Assembly (NCBI GenBank): GCA_028572065.1
Contig: JAPVWK010000002.1
Coordinates: forward strand, 1-42,529
Source: Candidatus Methanophagales archaeon
GTDB taxonomy: Archaea > Halobacteriota > Syntropharchaeia > Alkanophagales > Methanospirareceae
Reading direction: 5' to 3'
DNA: 42,529 nt
The notes under the pieces are model-generated. The model saw only the letters and a program-made list of their open reading frames with translations, was not told the DNA's origin and did not search any database. This document shows positions 1 to 10,305 of the stretch, piece by piece (within the stretch, counting starts at the first letter, position 1; each line of letters opens with the position of its first letter). Both the position numbers and the translations under genes were made by a program.

Positions 1-1350
1 AAAATTGTTCATGTATATTCTGTTGTTGTTTGAATTCGTGTGGGATATGCCATCGTCTTCGTTGTTCTTAACCGTGTTTTTTGCTATTATGTTATCGGTG
101 GAATTCCGAAGTTTAATGCCGTCATAGTGGTTAGAGTCGGCAATGTTATTACGGACTTCGTTATTGTTTGACGATTTTAAAGAAATACCATGATAGGCAA
201 CGCTGTTTGAGGCGGCATTACCGGTTATCCTATTGTCATGTGACAAATTCAAGTATATGCCATCCTCACCATTAGTATTTGCAGTATTATCACGAATATC
301 GTTATTGTTTGATAGTTTTAAAGAAATGCCATGATAATTATCATTGTTTGAGACATCATTATCGGTTATCCTGTTGTCGTTTGACTCTTTGAGATAGATG
401 CCATTGTTTCCATTGCTCTTAGCCGTGTTTTTTGATATTATATTATTGCTTGAACTCCAGAGTCCAATACCCTGGTAATGGTTAGAGTTTGCAACGTTAT
501 TACGGACTTCGTTATTGTTTGAAGAACTTACAGATATACCATGATAGTTAACACTATTTGAAGCATCATTATCAATTATCCTGTTGTAGTCAGAAGTTTT
601 GAGGCGGATGCCACTCGCACTATTGCCCTTAGCTGTATTATCCCGTATTATGTTGCCGTCTGACGCTTGAAGTCTAATACCATAGTGCTGATTTTTTTTT
701 GCAATGTTATTTCGAATCTCATTCGAGGAGCCTAGCAAGTAGATGCCTTCATAGTTATCATTGCATGTGTTATCTGCAATAACGTTATTGCTGGAATACA
801 CTCTTATCCCTGCGTAAGGCGATGGCTGTGCATTGACACAATTGAATCCTTTGACGGTGCAGTTGTCTGCCTTTATATTGATTGCATCGCCAGAATCTTG
901 AGCATCAATCGTGGGCATTCCATCGCCTAGTAGTGTTAGTCTCTTACTTAAGGCTACGGTTTCAGTATATGTACCGGTATAGACCAAAACGGTATCTCCA
1001 GCATTTGCATCTGTTATTCCTTCTTGTATTGTATCCCATTTGTGGTTTGCCGGGTCGTCCGTGAAATCGTCATCAACGTAAACAGTTATTGACGCCAACA
1101 GGAACACGTCTCCCGGTGTAGCCAATGCCTCCGCCCTCGGGATAACCTCTGTAGCATGTAGACTTTGATTTTCTAATATGCCACAAAAATCTTTAGCCTC
1201 TTTATTTTTCATGTTTTTTTCTTTAGAATCTGCACCAAGCGTCAAATTATCCGTATTCATAGCAGAAATAGTGCCACTAACTATGCTTGCTACTAGTATA
1301 AGCAATAACAATCCAGAACATAGCTTTCGAGCAAAAAAGTTTTTATACAT
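1..1350 (-). CDS. Secreted right-handed parallel beta-helix (NosD/CASH-type) surface protein, runs off the left edge
   Basis: Not in the ORF track because it is truncated. Manual translation from ATG 1350: MYKNFFARKLCSGLLLLILVASIVSGTISA (signal peptide), then VYVDDDFTDDPANHKWDTIQEG...GDTVLVYTGTYTE and repeated GI.L..SNNN.I..N turns. Confidence 0.9.
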   Translation of the reverse strand, partial: MYKNFFARKLCSGLLLLILVASIVSGTISAMNTDNLTLGADSKEKNMKNKEAKDFCGILENQSLHATEVIPRAEALATPGDVFLLASITVYVDDDFTDDPANHKWDTIQEGITDANAGDTVLVYTGTYTETVALSKRLTLLGDGMPTIDAQDSGDAINIKADNCTVKGFNCVNAQPSPYAGIRVYSSNNVIADNTCNDNYEGIYLLGSSNEIRNNIAKKNQHYGIRLQASDGNIIRDNTAKGNSASGIRLKTSDYNRIIDNDASNSVNYHGISVSSSNNNEVRNNVANSNHYQGIGLWSSSNNIISKNTAKSNGNNGIYLKESNDNRITDNDVSNNDNYHGISLKLSNNNDIRDNTANTNGEDGIYLNLSHDNRITGNAASNSVAYHGISLKSSNNNEVRNNIADSNHYDGIKLRNSTDNIIAKNTVKNNEDDGISHTNSNNNRIYMNNF

Positions 1351-1855
1351 TTTTATTTTGCCCCATTTTGAGATGCGCCACCCTTAGGGTATTCTTGGCA
1401 TATGTTAACTTTTGACATAAGCCTTTATAAAGTTTTCGCTTTTTCTTTTTCACCCCTCTCTTCTCTTTGACCAAACCGCGGAAAGTATAACCGGCACCTT
1501 CCCTAAAAATTCTGCCGCAATCAAGAGCTTCTTGTCTTCCTTCTTTGCTACATCCCACACCTTTTTAGTCCTTTCCCGGAATTTCCGGTCTCGTGGCAAG
1601 TGATGGTCGTAAATAATCAGTTCAGCATCAATTGAACGCACAATTTCCGCGGCATTATCCACCGCACGTTTTAAATTAATTCTGTTCAGCAAATAACCAA
1701 ACATATAAGTCATGGGACCATCAAGGATAAGCACCTGAGGCTTCTCTCGGATTGTCTGCTACGCATAATCTTCGATTACAGGACCGTTGAGGTCAGAAGA
1801 ATGAATGATTTTCTCATTTTCATGCTTAACAACAGTATAAAATACCCAGCCAACC

Positions 1856-3638
1856 CATTTCCGTAAACTTAAGCTAAATAGCGACATAGCATGTAGTTTT
1901 TAGAAAAGATGGAAACACTACTCTTTCATGCATATTTATTAATATATAACAACTATGCATATCGTGATTTTCGGTGGATGGATGCCCTTTTTAGCGTCAC
2001 AAAAGTGTGTGTGGAATTATCAGGCTCTGCGATTAATTGATGAACGTTTGATAAGGCGGGGTCCTACCTGTGACCTATCGTGGGCTACGCGTTTCACCTA
2101 AAGGCGATATTTATATAAAGTAGAGGTGAAACAAGACATTATGGACGTGAAAGAGGTGTTCCCTGAGTTTTCTGCAATTTTATCTGAAGATGCGATTGTG
2201 GAACTGGCGAAAGAATATGGGGTAGAAGACAAGCGTAAGCGGAAATTAGCCGTTGTTCCTTTCTTCTGGCTAATGGTGCTGTCTGCGATTGAATCGGCTC
2301 CGCGGGGCTGCCTGTCAAAACTGGTTGCCTTTTTCAGTGCGTCATTCTCCCTCATTTATCCCTGTGATCAAGTAAAAGGGCTCAGTCGCATGGCGCTCAG
2401 CAAGAAGCTCTCGGGCACCAACTGGATGTTCTTCAGGGGCGTGTATAACCGACTGCTCACGTGCTATATCAACTCGCTCGAGCCCGATGAGAGATTCTTC
2501 TTCGCACGATTCAAAGACTGCTTCGCTGTGGATGGAAGCGTAATACGGCTCAATAAGACCCTTGAAAAGGTATTTAAAAGCACGAGTAAATCCCAAGCCG
2601 CTTTGAAGTTAAATGCCAAATTTTCAGTTCGAAACCTTGTTCTCACCAAGTTGCAAGTCACAGAAGGTAAAAGACATGACAGCAGGTTCCGTTTTATCAC
2701 GAAAGCGTCAAATATCCTTTATCTCTTTGATCGGGGGTACTGGAATTTTACGAGATTTAAGAAAATCGTTGAAGCAAAGAGCTTCTTCGTTTCCCGCTTG
2801 AAGAAGAGCTGCGACCCACTAATTGTCACCGTTTCTGATCTGAAATGGGCGCATCTGGTGGGTAAGCGGCTCTCTCAGATAACGAAAGCTCTAAAAGATA
2901 TGAACGAGCTGGATGTGAAGGTACAACTCGCAAAGAGCAAGAACTCACAATTTAAGACCGATTTGAGGCTCGTGGGGATACTGCACGAAGGGAAATGGCG
3001 ATTTTACGTGACAAACATCTTTGATGCAATATTTACCCCGCAGGTTATCTACGAGCTGTATTCAAAACGCTGGACCATCGAGATTTTTTTTCAACGACAT
3101 CAAGCATATTATAAAGCTATCGCACATATTCACGAAGAACAAGAACGGCATCATGGCGGAAATCTACTCAGCGCTTATCTTCTATCTCCTTGTTAGGATT
3201 ATAACTGCAATTGCAGCGAAAAACTCAGGTAGGAAGATAACCGACTTCAGTTTCAAAAAAAGCGTTGAGATTTTCAGTGCTTTCTTCTTAATCCAACTAT
3301 CTGAACTTATCCGGGGAACAAAAGCGAAATTTATTGCCTTTTTCCAGAAAGTAGCTTGTGCAATCGTCTGTAACTGCCTGAAACCCCCGCCTCGTGCTAC
3401 TTGAGCGCAACCCGGAGAATGTGCGTTCATAGCGTGAGCTATGCAGTAAAGCACAGAATAAAAAATGTATAATTCTATTTAAGCCTGTTTAAGGTCTGTT
3501 AAAATGCGGTGACTCGTTTCTTATCCATTGGATGTGAGAAAAAAATAAAATGTGATTATTTACGATTGAAAGTTATATGCTCTCGCGTGTTAGCACCCTC
3601 AACTTTGGTTTTGTGCTGTCTTTAAGTTTACGGAAATG
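1856..3638 (+). mobile_element. IS4-family insertion sequence (ISH8-like), 1783 bp
   Basis: Perfect 17-bp TIRs CATTTCCGTAAACTTAA (1856-1872) and TTAAGTTTACGGAAATG (3622-3638); 10-bp target duplication CCAGCCAACC at 1846-1855 and 3639-3648; DDE transposase inside. Confidence 0.95.
2126..3404 (+). pseudogene. IS4-family DDE transposase, frameshifted in a T8 run
   Basis: VDGS, FDRGY and YSKRWTIEIFF|NDIK (YREK motif). ORFs 2126-3196 and 3021-3404 join if one T is removed from 3084-3091. Confidence 0.9.
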
Positions 3639-3933
3639 CCAGCCAACCCTTGAGAACTCAATTCCATGAAACAGAGGTTTGCTGAACCGCAACGTGGTAT
3701 TGCCAAATTTAAAACTCTTGCCTTCTGGATATTTTACCGTAAGCGGGCTAAAACTGAGTTCGGTAATCGTCAGTACGTTCACATCCGGTGTCTTAACCAC
3801 CGTGCATAATGACTTCGCACCAAGCGAGTCAAACCAAATAGGCTGGATTATTAACTTTTCCATCTCACTTATTCTTTTAAACGTTTAAGAAAAGCTTTAT
3901 CAAAAAACGCTTTGAGGCGCATCGAAAAGCAAC

Positions 3934-4101
3934 ATGCACATCTTTCTTGACGAGTCAGGCGACTTAGGCGTTCACAGAAAAGTCTGAACAGTATTTTGTG
4001 ATAGCAATTTTAATTACAAGAGATAAGAAAATCAGTTCTTGAATGTCTTTCTAAAAGAGAGATCGAATAAAATTCGAGAAGAGATACGATATTTACCGTG
4101 A
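3934..4101 (+). pseudogene. DUF3800-family (RNase H-like fold) gene remnant
   Basis: MHIFLDESGDLG, then after a +1 shift FTEKSEQYFVIAILIT, followed almost at once by a plausible C-terminus NKIREEIRYLP*. Most of the gene is deleted. Confidence 0.7.
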
Positions 4102-4430
4102 ATAGGTGTGCCTTGTAGGATTGGGTGCGGGAAGTTGAAGAGGTAGTAGTGGTAGTAGGGTATATATAGTAGTGTCCTATAATTATAATTGGTGAGTAAG
4201 TCCTCCAGAAAGGGTGATGCCATGTTGACATGGGTGGGAGCGAGTAGGGCAGGGTTCACCATTTTATCTATTTTTGTAAAACATATTTGGAAATAGTAAA
4301 TGATAGAAAGGTAATAGGATATGAAAGAAAGAGTAGATTTGCTTTCAAAATCAAGAAAATTCACGAAAACTTTTTATCTTCGCCTTCAAATATTTAATCA
4401 AATTGACGGAAGAAGGAAAGAGTATAGAAA

Positions 4431-5840
4431 ATGCTAGTAAAGGAACTGCAGGCAATAGTAGGAGAAGCAAACGCGACTGACGACCGTGCGATATGCACAT
4501 CGTATTCGCGAGATCAGCACTGGCACTTTGTACCTGCGAAAAATCCGGCTTGTGTCGTGCGACCTGGGACTAAAGAAGAAGTGCGATCTGTTTTGATGCT
4601 TGCAAATACGCATAAAATACCTGTGATTCCGTATAGTACGGGAATAAACGTGCGTGGCTTGACTATCCCGGTACATGACGGCAGCATATTATTAGATCTG
4701 TCCCGGATGAACCGCATCTTAGAGATAAACCCCGAGATGAAGACTGCGACCGTAGAGCCGGGAGTAACATTTGGTATGTTACTGGAACAGACGCGAAAGC
4801 ACAAATTGCGTCCTGCATTTCCCGACGCGCCCCTTACAGTGAGCGTACTGGTAAATTATTACCTGCGTGGAATATACCAAACTTCAGCTACGGACGGCCA
4901 TGACCACACGATCTCGTATGAGATGATACTACCGAACGGCGAGACATTAAAAACCGGCTCACGTGCGCTTTCTGAGATGCCTTATTTCCGATACGGCGTG
5001 GGTCCTGACTTTGCAGGTATGTTCGGCGCACATCCCGGTACGTGCGGTGTAGTGACCGAATTAACAGCGAAACTTTACCGGTTGTATGACAACAGGAAAG
5101 AGTACTTCATCGGTTTTGACGATGTGGGCACGCCGACTGAGTTCATTTACAATTTAATGCACGATGAATTAGCGGCAAGTATCAGGTTAGTGGACAATCA
5201 GAGCTGGTTGGAAGGCATCTTCGGCACTTTTGATTACGCATACGATAAGCTGCCGAAGTTCGTTGTTTGCGTGCTGGTAGAAGGTGTGGACGGCATATTC
5301 GAGGCAAAGGATACGCTGGTACGTGGGTATATGAACAAATCAGGCGGGCAGGTATTGGAATTACCGGCTGAGTTCGCGCAAACATTCGAGGATGAGTGTC
5401 TGGGCGGTGCGGAGAAGAGCTGTATGGTGTTCGGCTTGAAGGGAAAGGGGAACTATCACTGCATCGGGCTGTATGGACCTTTGACGTTGGCAGCGAAGTA
5501 TTATGAACTGCATGAGAAGACGGCTTTGGAGGTGGGGATACCCAAGGACCACATTCATTTCTATATTGACCCGATATACAGTTTCCACGGGCAGCTCTGC
5601 TATTTCGAGCTTGATGTGTTTTACGACGGGAGTGACGCGGGATTCGGCGAGAAGCTAAGGAATTATAACGAGAAGCAATTTCACCGGCTACTTGAGCTGG
5701 GTATCTATGGCTGGTTCAGACCATATGCGGGTATAATCGAGCCGACAGCGGAAAGAATAGGGTATCTTGCCGAAGTCTGGAAGAAGTTCCTCCGTGTTTT
5801 GGATCCGAACGAGATAATGAATAGGGGGAAGCTGTTCTGA
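4431..5840 (+). CDS. FAD-binding oxidoreductase (VAO/PCMH, GlcD-like)
   Basis: P.CVVRPGTKEEV, LLDLSRMNRILEIN, ATVEPGVT, GTCGVVTE, C-terminal LDPNEIMNRGK. Confidence 0.9.
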   Translation: MLVKELQAIVGEANATDDRAICTSYSRDQHWHFVPAKNPACVVRPGTKEEVRSVLMLANTHKIPVIPYSTGINVRGLTIPVHDGSILLDLSRMNRILEINPEMKTATVEPGVTFGMLLEQTRKHKLRPAFPDAPLTVSVLVNYYLRGIYQTSATDGHDHTISYEMILPNGETLKTGSRALSEMPYFRYGVGPDFAGMFGAHPGTCGVVTELTAKLYRLYDNRKEYFIGFDDVGTPTEFIYNLMHDELAASIRLVDNQSWLEGIFGTFDYAYDKLPKFVVCVLVEGVDGIFEAKDTLVRGYMNKSGGQVLELPAEFAQTFEDECLGGAEKSCMVFGLKGKGNYHCIGLYGPLTLAAKYYELHEKTALEVGIPKDHIHFYIDPIYSFHGQLCYFELDVFYDGSDAGFGEKLRNYNEKQFHRLLELGIYGWFRPYAGIIEPTAERIGYLAEVWKKFLRVLDPNEIMNRGKLF

Positions 5841-5849
5841 AGACAACCG

Positions 5850-5864
5850 AAAAGCTTATATAAG
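5850..5864 (+). promoter_or_regulatory. Candidate archaeal BRE/TATA promoter for the beta-helix gene
   Basis: AAAAGCTTATATAAG in the intergenic region; GGGGTGAT RBS at 6021-6028 precedes ATG 6038. Confidence 0.45.
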
Positions 5865-6037
5865 TGGTTGCGTGAACTAATTACAAGATCAATCAGTTTT
5901 AGGGCAATATTTTAAGAGCGGGGGATAAAAAGGGGGAAGGTGAGAAGAAATGGGGGCACCGAGGTTTGAATTCGTATTTGTATGCACGGGAGTGTTTGCA
6001 GTGGCTTATTTGTGGAAGTGGGGGTGATAAACAGGAA

Positions 6038-9000
6038 ATGAAAAGAATGTTTATCCAAAAAATGGTGGCATTGGGAAACCGAAGGGCATTGATATTTGCG
6101 GCTTTATTTGTAACGTTCGTATCTGTGGGCATTGGGTGCGCATCTGCAACCATAACTGTCTGTCACAGCGGCTGCGACTACGCCAGTATTCAGGCAGCCG
6201 TAGATGCCACAGATTCAGGGGACACAATCGAGGTGCATAGCGGCACTTACCACGAACATGTAGATGTGAACAGAGAACTAACTCTGCGAGGCGTGGACAT
6301 CGGCACGGGCAAACCTGTTGTAGATGCCTGCGGCAATTATAGTGCAATTACGCTTTCGGTAGATGGAATTACGCTTGAGGGATTCAATGCAACAAACGCA
6401 GGAGGTTGTTACTGGGTGCTGCACAAATATGTTGTGTTTCCGCTTTCGGTGGATGGAATTAGACTTGAGGGATTTAATGCAACAAACGTAGGAGGTGGTT
6501 CCAGGGTGCCATACAAAATTTTTGTGTCGGGAGTCAAGGAAAGAAGCGCAGGAATTACGGTAATCTCAAACAATAACACCATTACTAACAACACAGCCAG
6601 CAACAACGGTGTCGGCATCCACCTCTCCTATTCCAGCAACAACACTTTTACAGGCAATACTATCAGCAACAACCACTGGGACGGTATCCGCCTCAACTCT
6701 TCCTGCAACAATACCATTACAGGTAACAATGTCTGCAACAACGATGAGGGCATCAGTCTCTTCCATTCCCGCAATAATAACATCGTTATAGACAACAATG
6801 TCAGCAACAACCACTGGGACGGTATTCGCCTCCACTTTTCCTGCAACAATACCATTACAGGCAATAATGTCCGCAATAACCGTATCGGCATCAGCCTGGA
6901 TGATTCATGCAACAACACTATTACCGGCAATACATTTCTAAATGATGGTCTTTCTGTTGATGGTTCCTATCAAAACACCGTGAAAGGCAATACGGTAAAT
7001 GGTAAACCTCTTATTTATCTCGAAGATAAGACAGGTATTGAGGTTACAGATGCTGGACAAGTTGTACTTGTAAATTGTACTAATATCACGGTAGAAAATC
7101 TGAACTTATCCAATACACACGTTGGTGTAAGCCTTTTGAAAACAGAAGAAAGCGTAATCTCAAACAATACTGTCAGCAACCACTGGCTTGGCATTAACCT
7201 TGACTGTTCTAGCAACAACACTATTATAGGTAATAATGCCAGCAGCAACGAGGATGGCATCAGCCTTCACTCTTCCAGTAACAACACTATTACAAGTAAT
7301 AATGCCAGCAACAATGGGATCGGCATCAGCCTCTGGGATTCCAGCAACAACACCATTACAGGTAATAATGCCAGCAACAACTGGTGCTACGGCATCCGCC
7401 TCTTCTCAGCCTGCAACAACACTTTTACAAACAATGCTGTCAGCAACAACGACTACAGCGGCATCTACCTCAGCGATTCCTGTTGTAATAATAACATTAT
7501 TGGCAATACGTTTGTAAATGATGGTCTTTTTGTCTGTAATTCCTATCAAAATACTGTGGAAAACAATACGGTAAATGGTAAGCCGCTTGTTTATCTTGTA
7601 GATACCTCAGATACTGAGGTTACAGACGCTGGACAGGTTATACTTGTAAATTGCCGTAATATCACAGTAGAAAATCTGGATTTATCGAACACATGCGTTG
7701 GTATAGAGCTATATAAGACACATGATAGTATAATTTCAAACAATACCGTCAGTAACAATAACATGTACGGTATCATCCTCTGGGATTCCCGCATCAACAC
7801 CATTACAGGCAATAATGTCAGCAACAATGGCGAAGGCGGCATCTACCTAATCAATTCAGGTTGTAATAATAACATTATAGACAATACGTTTGTAAATAAT
7901 GGCCTTTTTTGTTGGTTATTCCTATCAAATACCGTGAAAGGCAATACGGTAAATGGTAAGCCGCTTGTTTATCTTGAAGATACATCAGATACTGAGGTTA
8001 CAGACGCTGGACAGGTTATACTTGTAAATTGCCGTAATATCACGGTAGAAAATCTGGATTTATCCAACACGTGCGTTGGTATAGAACTATATAAGACACA
8101 TGATAGTATAATTTCAAACAATACCGTCAGTAACAACAACAGGGACGGTATTCGCCTCCACTTTTCCTGCAACAATACCATTACAGGCAATAATGTCAGT
8201 AACAACGACTACAGTGGCATCGAGCTATGGGAATCCAATAACAACAATTTTTATCTCAATAATTTCATAAACAACTCTCTAAGCGTTGGTTCTTCTTCTA
8301 CAAGCAACATCATGAACTCCACAGAACAAATAACCTATACATACAACGGCAGCACTTACACAAACTACTTGGGCAACTACTGGAGCGATTATAAAGATAA
8401 GTATCCAGATGCTAAAGAGACGGAGGACTGCGGAATTTGGGATACGCCTTACAGCATGCCTTACCGTCCTGATTCCGATAACGATAACTATCCGCTGATG
8501 CTACCTTGGGAAAACTACTTATCACCAACAGAACCCTATACAAAAACAGACGTAGGCGTTAACTCTACAATAATAACCGCCAGTCCCACTGATTTAGCCG
8601 CATATCTCCCGCCAGAATATTCTGACACCGACATAAGCGATTCGATAGTGCTAAACGTAAACGTAACCGATGATACGCCTGACACAACCGATGCTGCATA
8701 CACAGACATCACAATAATAGTCGGCGAACTTGATATAGAAACCTGCAAAGTATTCAAAACAGGAATAGGCTTCTTACCCGAAGTGGATGATATAACCACA
8801 CTTCCAACAGTGTCTGGCGAGCTCGCGTTCTCAAGAGATTTGGATAATAAAACAGTTACTGTCAGGCTGTATGTAGGCGACCCGCTGCTCGGTGTGATAC
8901 CCGCTGCCGTAGAATCAGTATTTGACACAGGTGAAGGCACCTATCCAAGCATAATGGGCGTCCTCAATGGTACAATCATACCTACACGTGACATCAATGT

Positions 9001-9331
9001 TAGTAAAATGTACACTTATCCCTGTGCAGGGACCGGTGGTCATTCTGAATCCATCAAAATGTATAAAAACGTGACTTTGATCGCAAATGGTTCATGGGTG
9101 GGCTACGAAGGCGACTACCATAACCTAACAATAGATAACGATACTGGTGCTTCTTACGTCATGCTGTTGAAAAATCATATGTACAACTATACCATCGTAA
9201 CAGGTTCGTATCCGCAGATAATTCATGAACACAGCAAAGACGTAACAGGCGGGACTATTACTTGCACTTCTTTCGTGGATGTTAACGGAAAAGTTTATTA
9301 TGACTGGATACCTGCTATTAGATTGGAGTAA
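6038..9331 (+). CDS. Secreted NosD/CASH-type beta-helix surface protein with a conserved C-terminal domain
   Basis: Signal peptide, SIQAAVD..DSGDTIEVHSGTY.E, many GI.L..S.NNTITGNN repeats, YLGNYWSDY, C-terminal YTYPCAGTGGH...YDWIPAIRLE. Start moved to ATG 6038 on RBS evidence. Confidence 0.92.
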   Translation: MKRMFIQKMVALGNRRALIFAALFVTFVSVGIGCASATITVCHSGCDYASIQAAVDATDSGDTIEVHSGTYHEHVDVNRELTLRGVDIGTGKPVVDACGNYSAITLSVDGITLEGFNATNAGGCYWVLHKYVVFPLSVDGIRLEGFNATNVGGGSRVPYKIFVSGVKERSAGITVISNNNTITNNTASNNGVGIHLSYSSNNTFTGNTISNNHWDGIRLNSSCNNTITGNNVCNNDEGISLFHSRNNNIVIDNNVSNNHWDGIRLHFSCNNTITGNNVRNNRIGISLDDSCNNTITGNTFLNDGLSVDGSYQNTVKGNTVNGKPLIYLEDKTGIEVTDAGQVVLVNCTNITVENLNLSNTHVGVSLLKTEESVISNNTVSNHWLGINLDCSSNNTIIGNNASSNEDGISLHSSSNNTITSNNASNNGIGISLWDSSNNTITGNNASNNWCYGIRLFSACNNTFTNNAVSNNDYSGIYLSDSCCNNNIIGNTFVNDGLFVCNSYQNTVENNTVNGKPLVYLVDTSDTEVTDAGQVILVNCRNITVENLDLSNTCVGIELYKTHDSIISNNTVSNNNMYGIILWDSRINTITGNNVSNNGEGGIYLINSGCNNNIIDNTFVNNGLFCWLFLSNTVKGNTVNGKPLVYLEDTSDTEVTDAGQVILVNCRNITVENLDLSNTCVGIELYKTHDSIISNNTVSNNNRDGIRLHFSCNNTITGNNVSNNDYSGIELWESNNNNFYLNNFINNSLSVGSSSTSNIMNSTEQITYTYNGSTYTNYLGNYWSDYKDKYPDAKETEDCGIWDTPYSMPYRPDSDNDNYPLMLPWENYLSPTEPYTKTDVGVNSTIITASPTDLAAYLPPEYSDTDISDSIVLNVNVTDDTPDTTDAAYTDITIIVGELDIETCKVFKTGIGFLPEVDDITTLPTVSGELAFSRDLDNKTVTVRLYVGDPLLGVIPAAVESVFDTGEGTYPSIMGVLNGTIIPTRDINVSKMYTYPCAGTGGHSESIKMYKNVTLIANGSWVGYEGDYHNLTIDNDTGASYVMLLKNHMYNYTIVTGSYPQIIHEHSKDVTGGTITCTSFVDVNGKVYYDWIPAIRLE
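6351..6530 (+). repeat. Diverged 90-bp in-frame tandem duplication
   Basis: 6351-6440 and 6441-6530 both begin cgctttcggtRgatggaatta..cttgagggattYaatgcaacaaacgYaggaggt; the paralog at 10306 has a single copy at this position. Confidence 0.85.
7564..8136 (+). repeat. Near-identical ~195-bp module repeat (7564-7758 and 7942-8136; third copy ~11518-11712)
   Basis: Encodes NTVNGKPLVYL.DTSDTEVTDAGQVILVNC.NITVENLDLS.TCVGIEL.KT.DSIISNNT; nucleotide sequences almost identical. Confidence 0.9.
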
Positions 9332-9416
9332 CGTTCTTTGATTAAACTTTCTTTCTAATAAGGTTTGATGGTCAAGCTTGGTTTAAGCCCTTTAAAAAAG
9401 CGTAGAGAAAAGAGAA

Positions 9417-9842
9417 ATGATGGTGATGGAACATTTAAAAAAGGACTTCCGGGATTTCAAAGGAAGATGCCTGGGAATATTGTTATTTGGCTCCTACGTA
9501 GAGGGAGAGCAAACAAAGAGGAGCGACATTGATGTTTGCGTAGTCAATCCATCGAAAGGCGTTTTGAACGACATCTCCGGTAAGCTTGGCGGGAAATATG
9601 ACATCAAGGTATTTGATAACCTACCGCTGTATATAAAACTGGAAATTATACGGCACCACGTAGTCGTATACGGAAACGAAGCGAATTTATCCGAATATTT
9701 TTACTTTTTCCGGAAGTTGTGGCAGGACATGGAGCACAGGATTGCAGAGAACGAGTTCAAGGATGTTACGGAAAGGATGAGATACAGGAGGAGATGGTTG
9801 AATGAGAAAGAAAAGATACTTAGAGAAATTGGAAGTGTTTGA
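9417..9842 (+). CDS. mntA: Minimal nucleotidyltransferase (MntA-type antitoxin)
   Basis: FGSYVEGEQTKRSDID matches GSX10DXD; overlaps the downstream HEPN gene. Confidence 0.88.
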   Translation: MMVMEHLKKDFRDFKGRCLGILLFGSYVEGEQTKRSDIDVCVVNPSKGVLNDISGKLGGKYDIKVFDNLPLYIKLEIIRHHVVVYGNEANLSEYFYFFRKLWQDMEHRIAENEFKDVTERMRYRRRWLNEKEKILREIGSV

Positions 9843-10212
9843 ACAAGAGAAAGAGTTCATAGACTCGTATACAATCGCGGATGATGTTACGAAGAGAGCG
9901 TTATTATATGCGTTACAGGTTTGCGTGGACGTTGTCATGGATGTGGCTGCGATGACAACGAAGGACCTGGGACTTGCCGTTGAGGATGATTACACGAACA
10001 TCGAGAAGCTAGAGCGGGAAAAGGTGCTGGCAAGTGAAGAAGCGGAATTGATAAGAAGGTTCAACGGTCTGCGGAATGCTATCGTCCATAAATATAACCG
10101 ATTGGATCTGGTTGCGGTTCAAGAAGGGCTGGATAATATAGAGGCGTTGTATGTGGTGTTAGACAAATTAGTAGAAGTTGTGGCGCTAAAAGGTGCTTTG
10201 GAAGAAAGATGA
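9802..10212 (+). CDS. hepT: HEPN/DUF86 RNase toxin (HepT-type, type VII TA)
   Basis: RNAIVHKY matches RX4HXY; 136 aa, paired with MNT. Confidence 0.9.
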   Translation: MRKKRYLEKLEVFEQEKEFIDSYTIADDVTKRALLYALQVCVDVVMDVAAMTTKDLGLAVEDDYTNIEKLEREKVLASEEAELIRRFNGLRNAIVHKYNRLDLVAVQEGLDNIEALYVVLDKLVEVVALKGALEER

Positions 10213-10305
10213 TGTGCCGGAATCTGAACAAAAACGGGATACCTCGAATAAACGGAAAAGTTTATTATGATTGGATACCTGCAATAAAATTGGTGTGAGC
10301 AAAAA

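Larger units (their letters stand above)
1450..3863 (-). pseudogene. UPF0282-like metallo-beta-lactamase-fold hydrolase, disrupted by an IS, an internal deletion and an in-frame TAG
   Basis: The 5' part 3863-3639 (MEKLIIQPIWFDSLGAKS...FHGIEFSRVGW) joins in frame to 1845-1450 (VFYTVV...HSSDLNGP...LILDGP...IYDHHL.RD) once the IS and one TSD are removed. TAG at 1759-1761. The N-terminal metal-binding segment appears to be missing. Confidence 0.85.
9284..10298 (+). repeat. 48-bp degenerate direct repeat (9284-9331 and 10251-10298) flanking the MNT-HEPN pair
   Basis: aacggaaaagtttattatgactggatacctgctattagattggagtaa vs aacggaaaagtttattatgattggatacctgcaataaaattggtgtga, 42/48 identical by manual count. 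Confidence 0.9.

Noticed and set aside
4010-4364. Minus-strand ORFs of 73 and 110 aa
   Set aside because: Low-complexity translations of intergenic DNA that overlap the DUF3800 remnant; no recognisable motifs
6560-8240. CRISPR-like periodic repeats
   Set aside because: The repeats are coding, codon-degenerate and lack unique spacers; no cas genes
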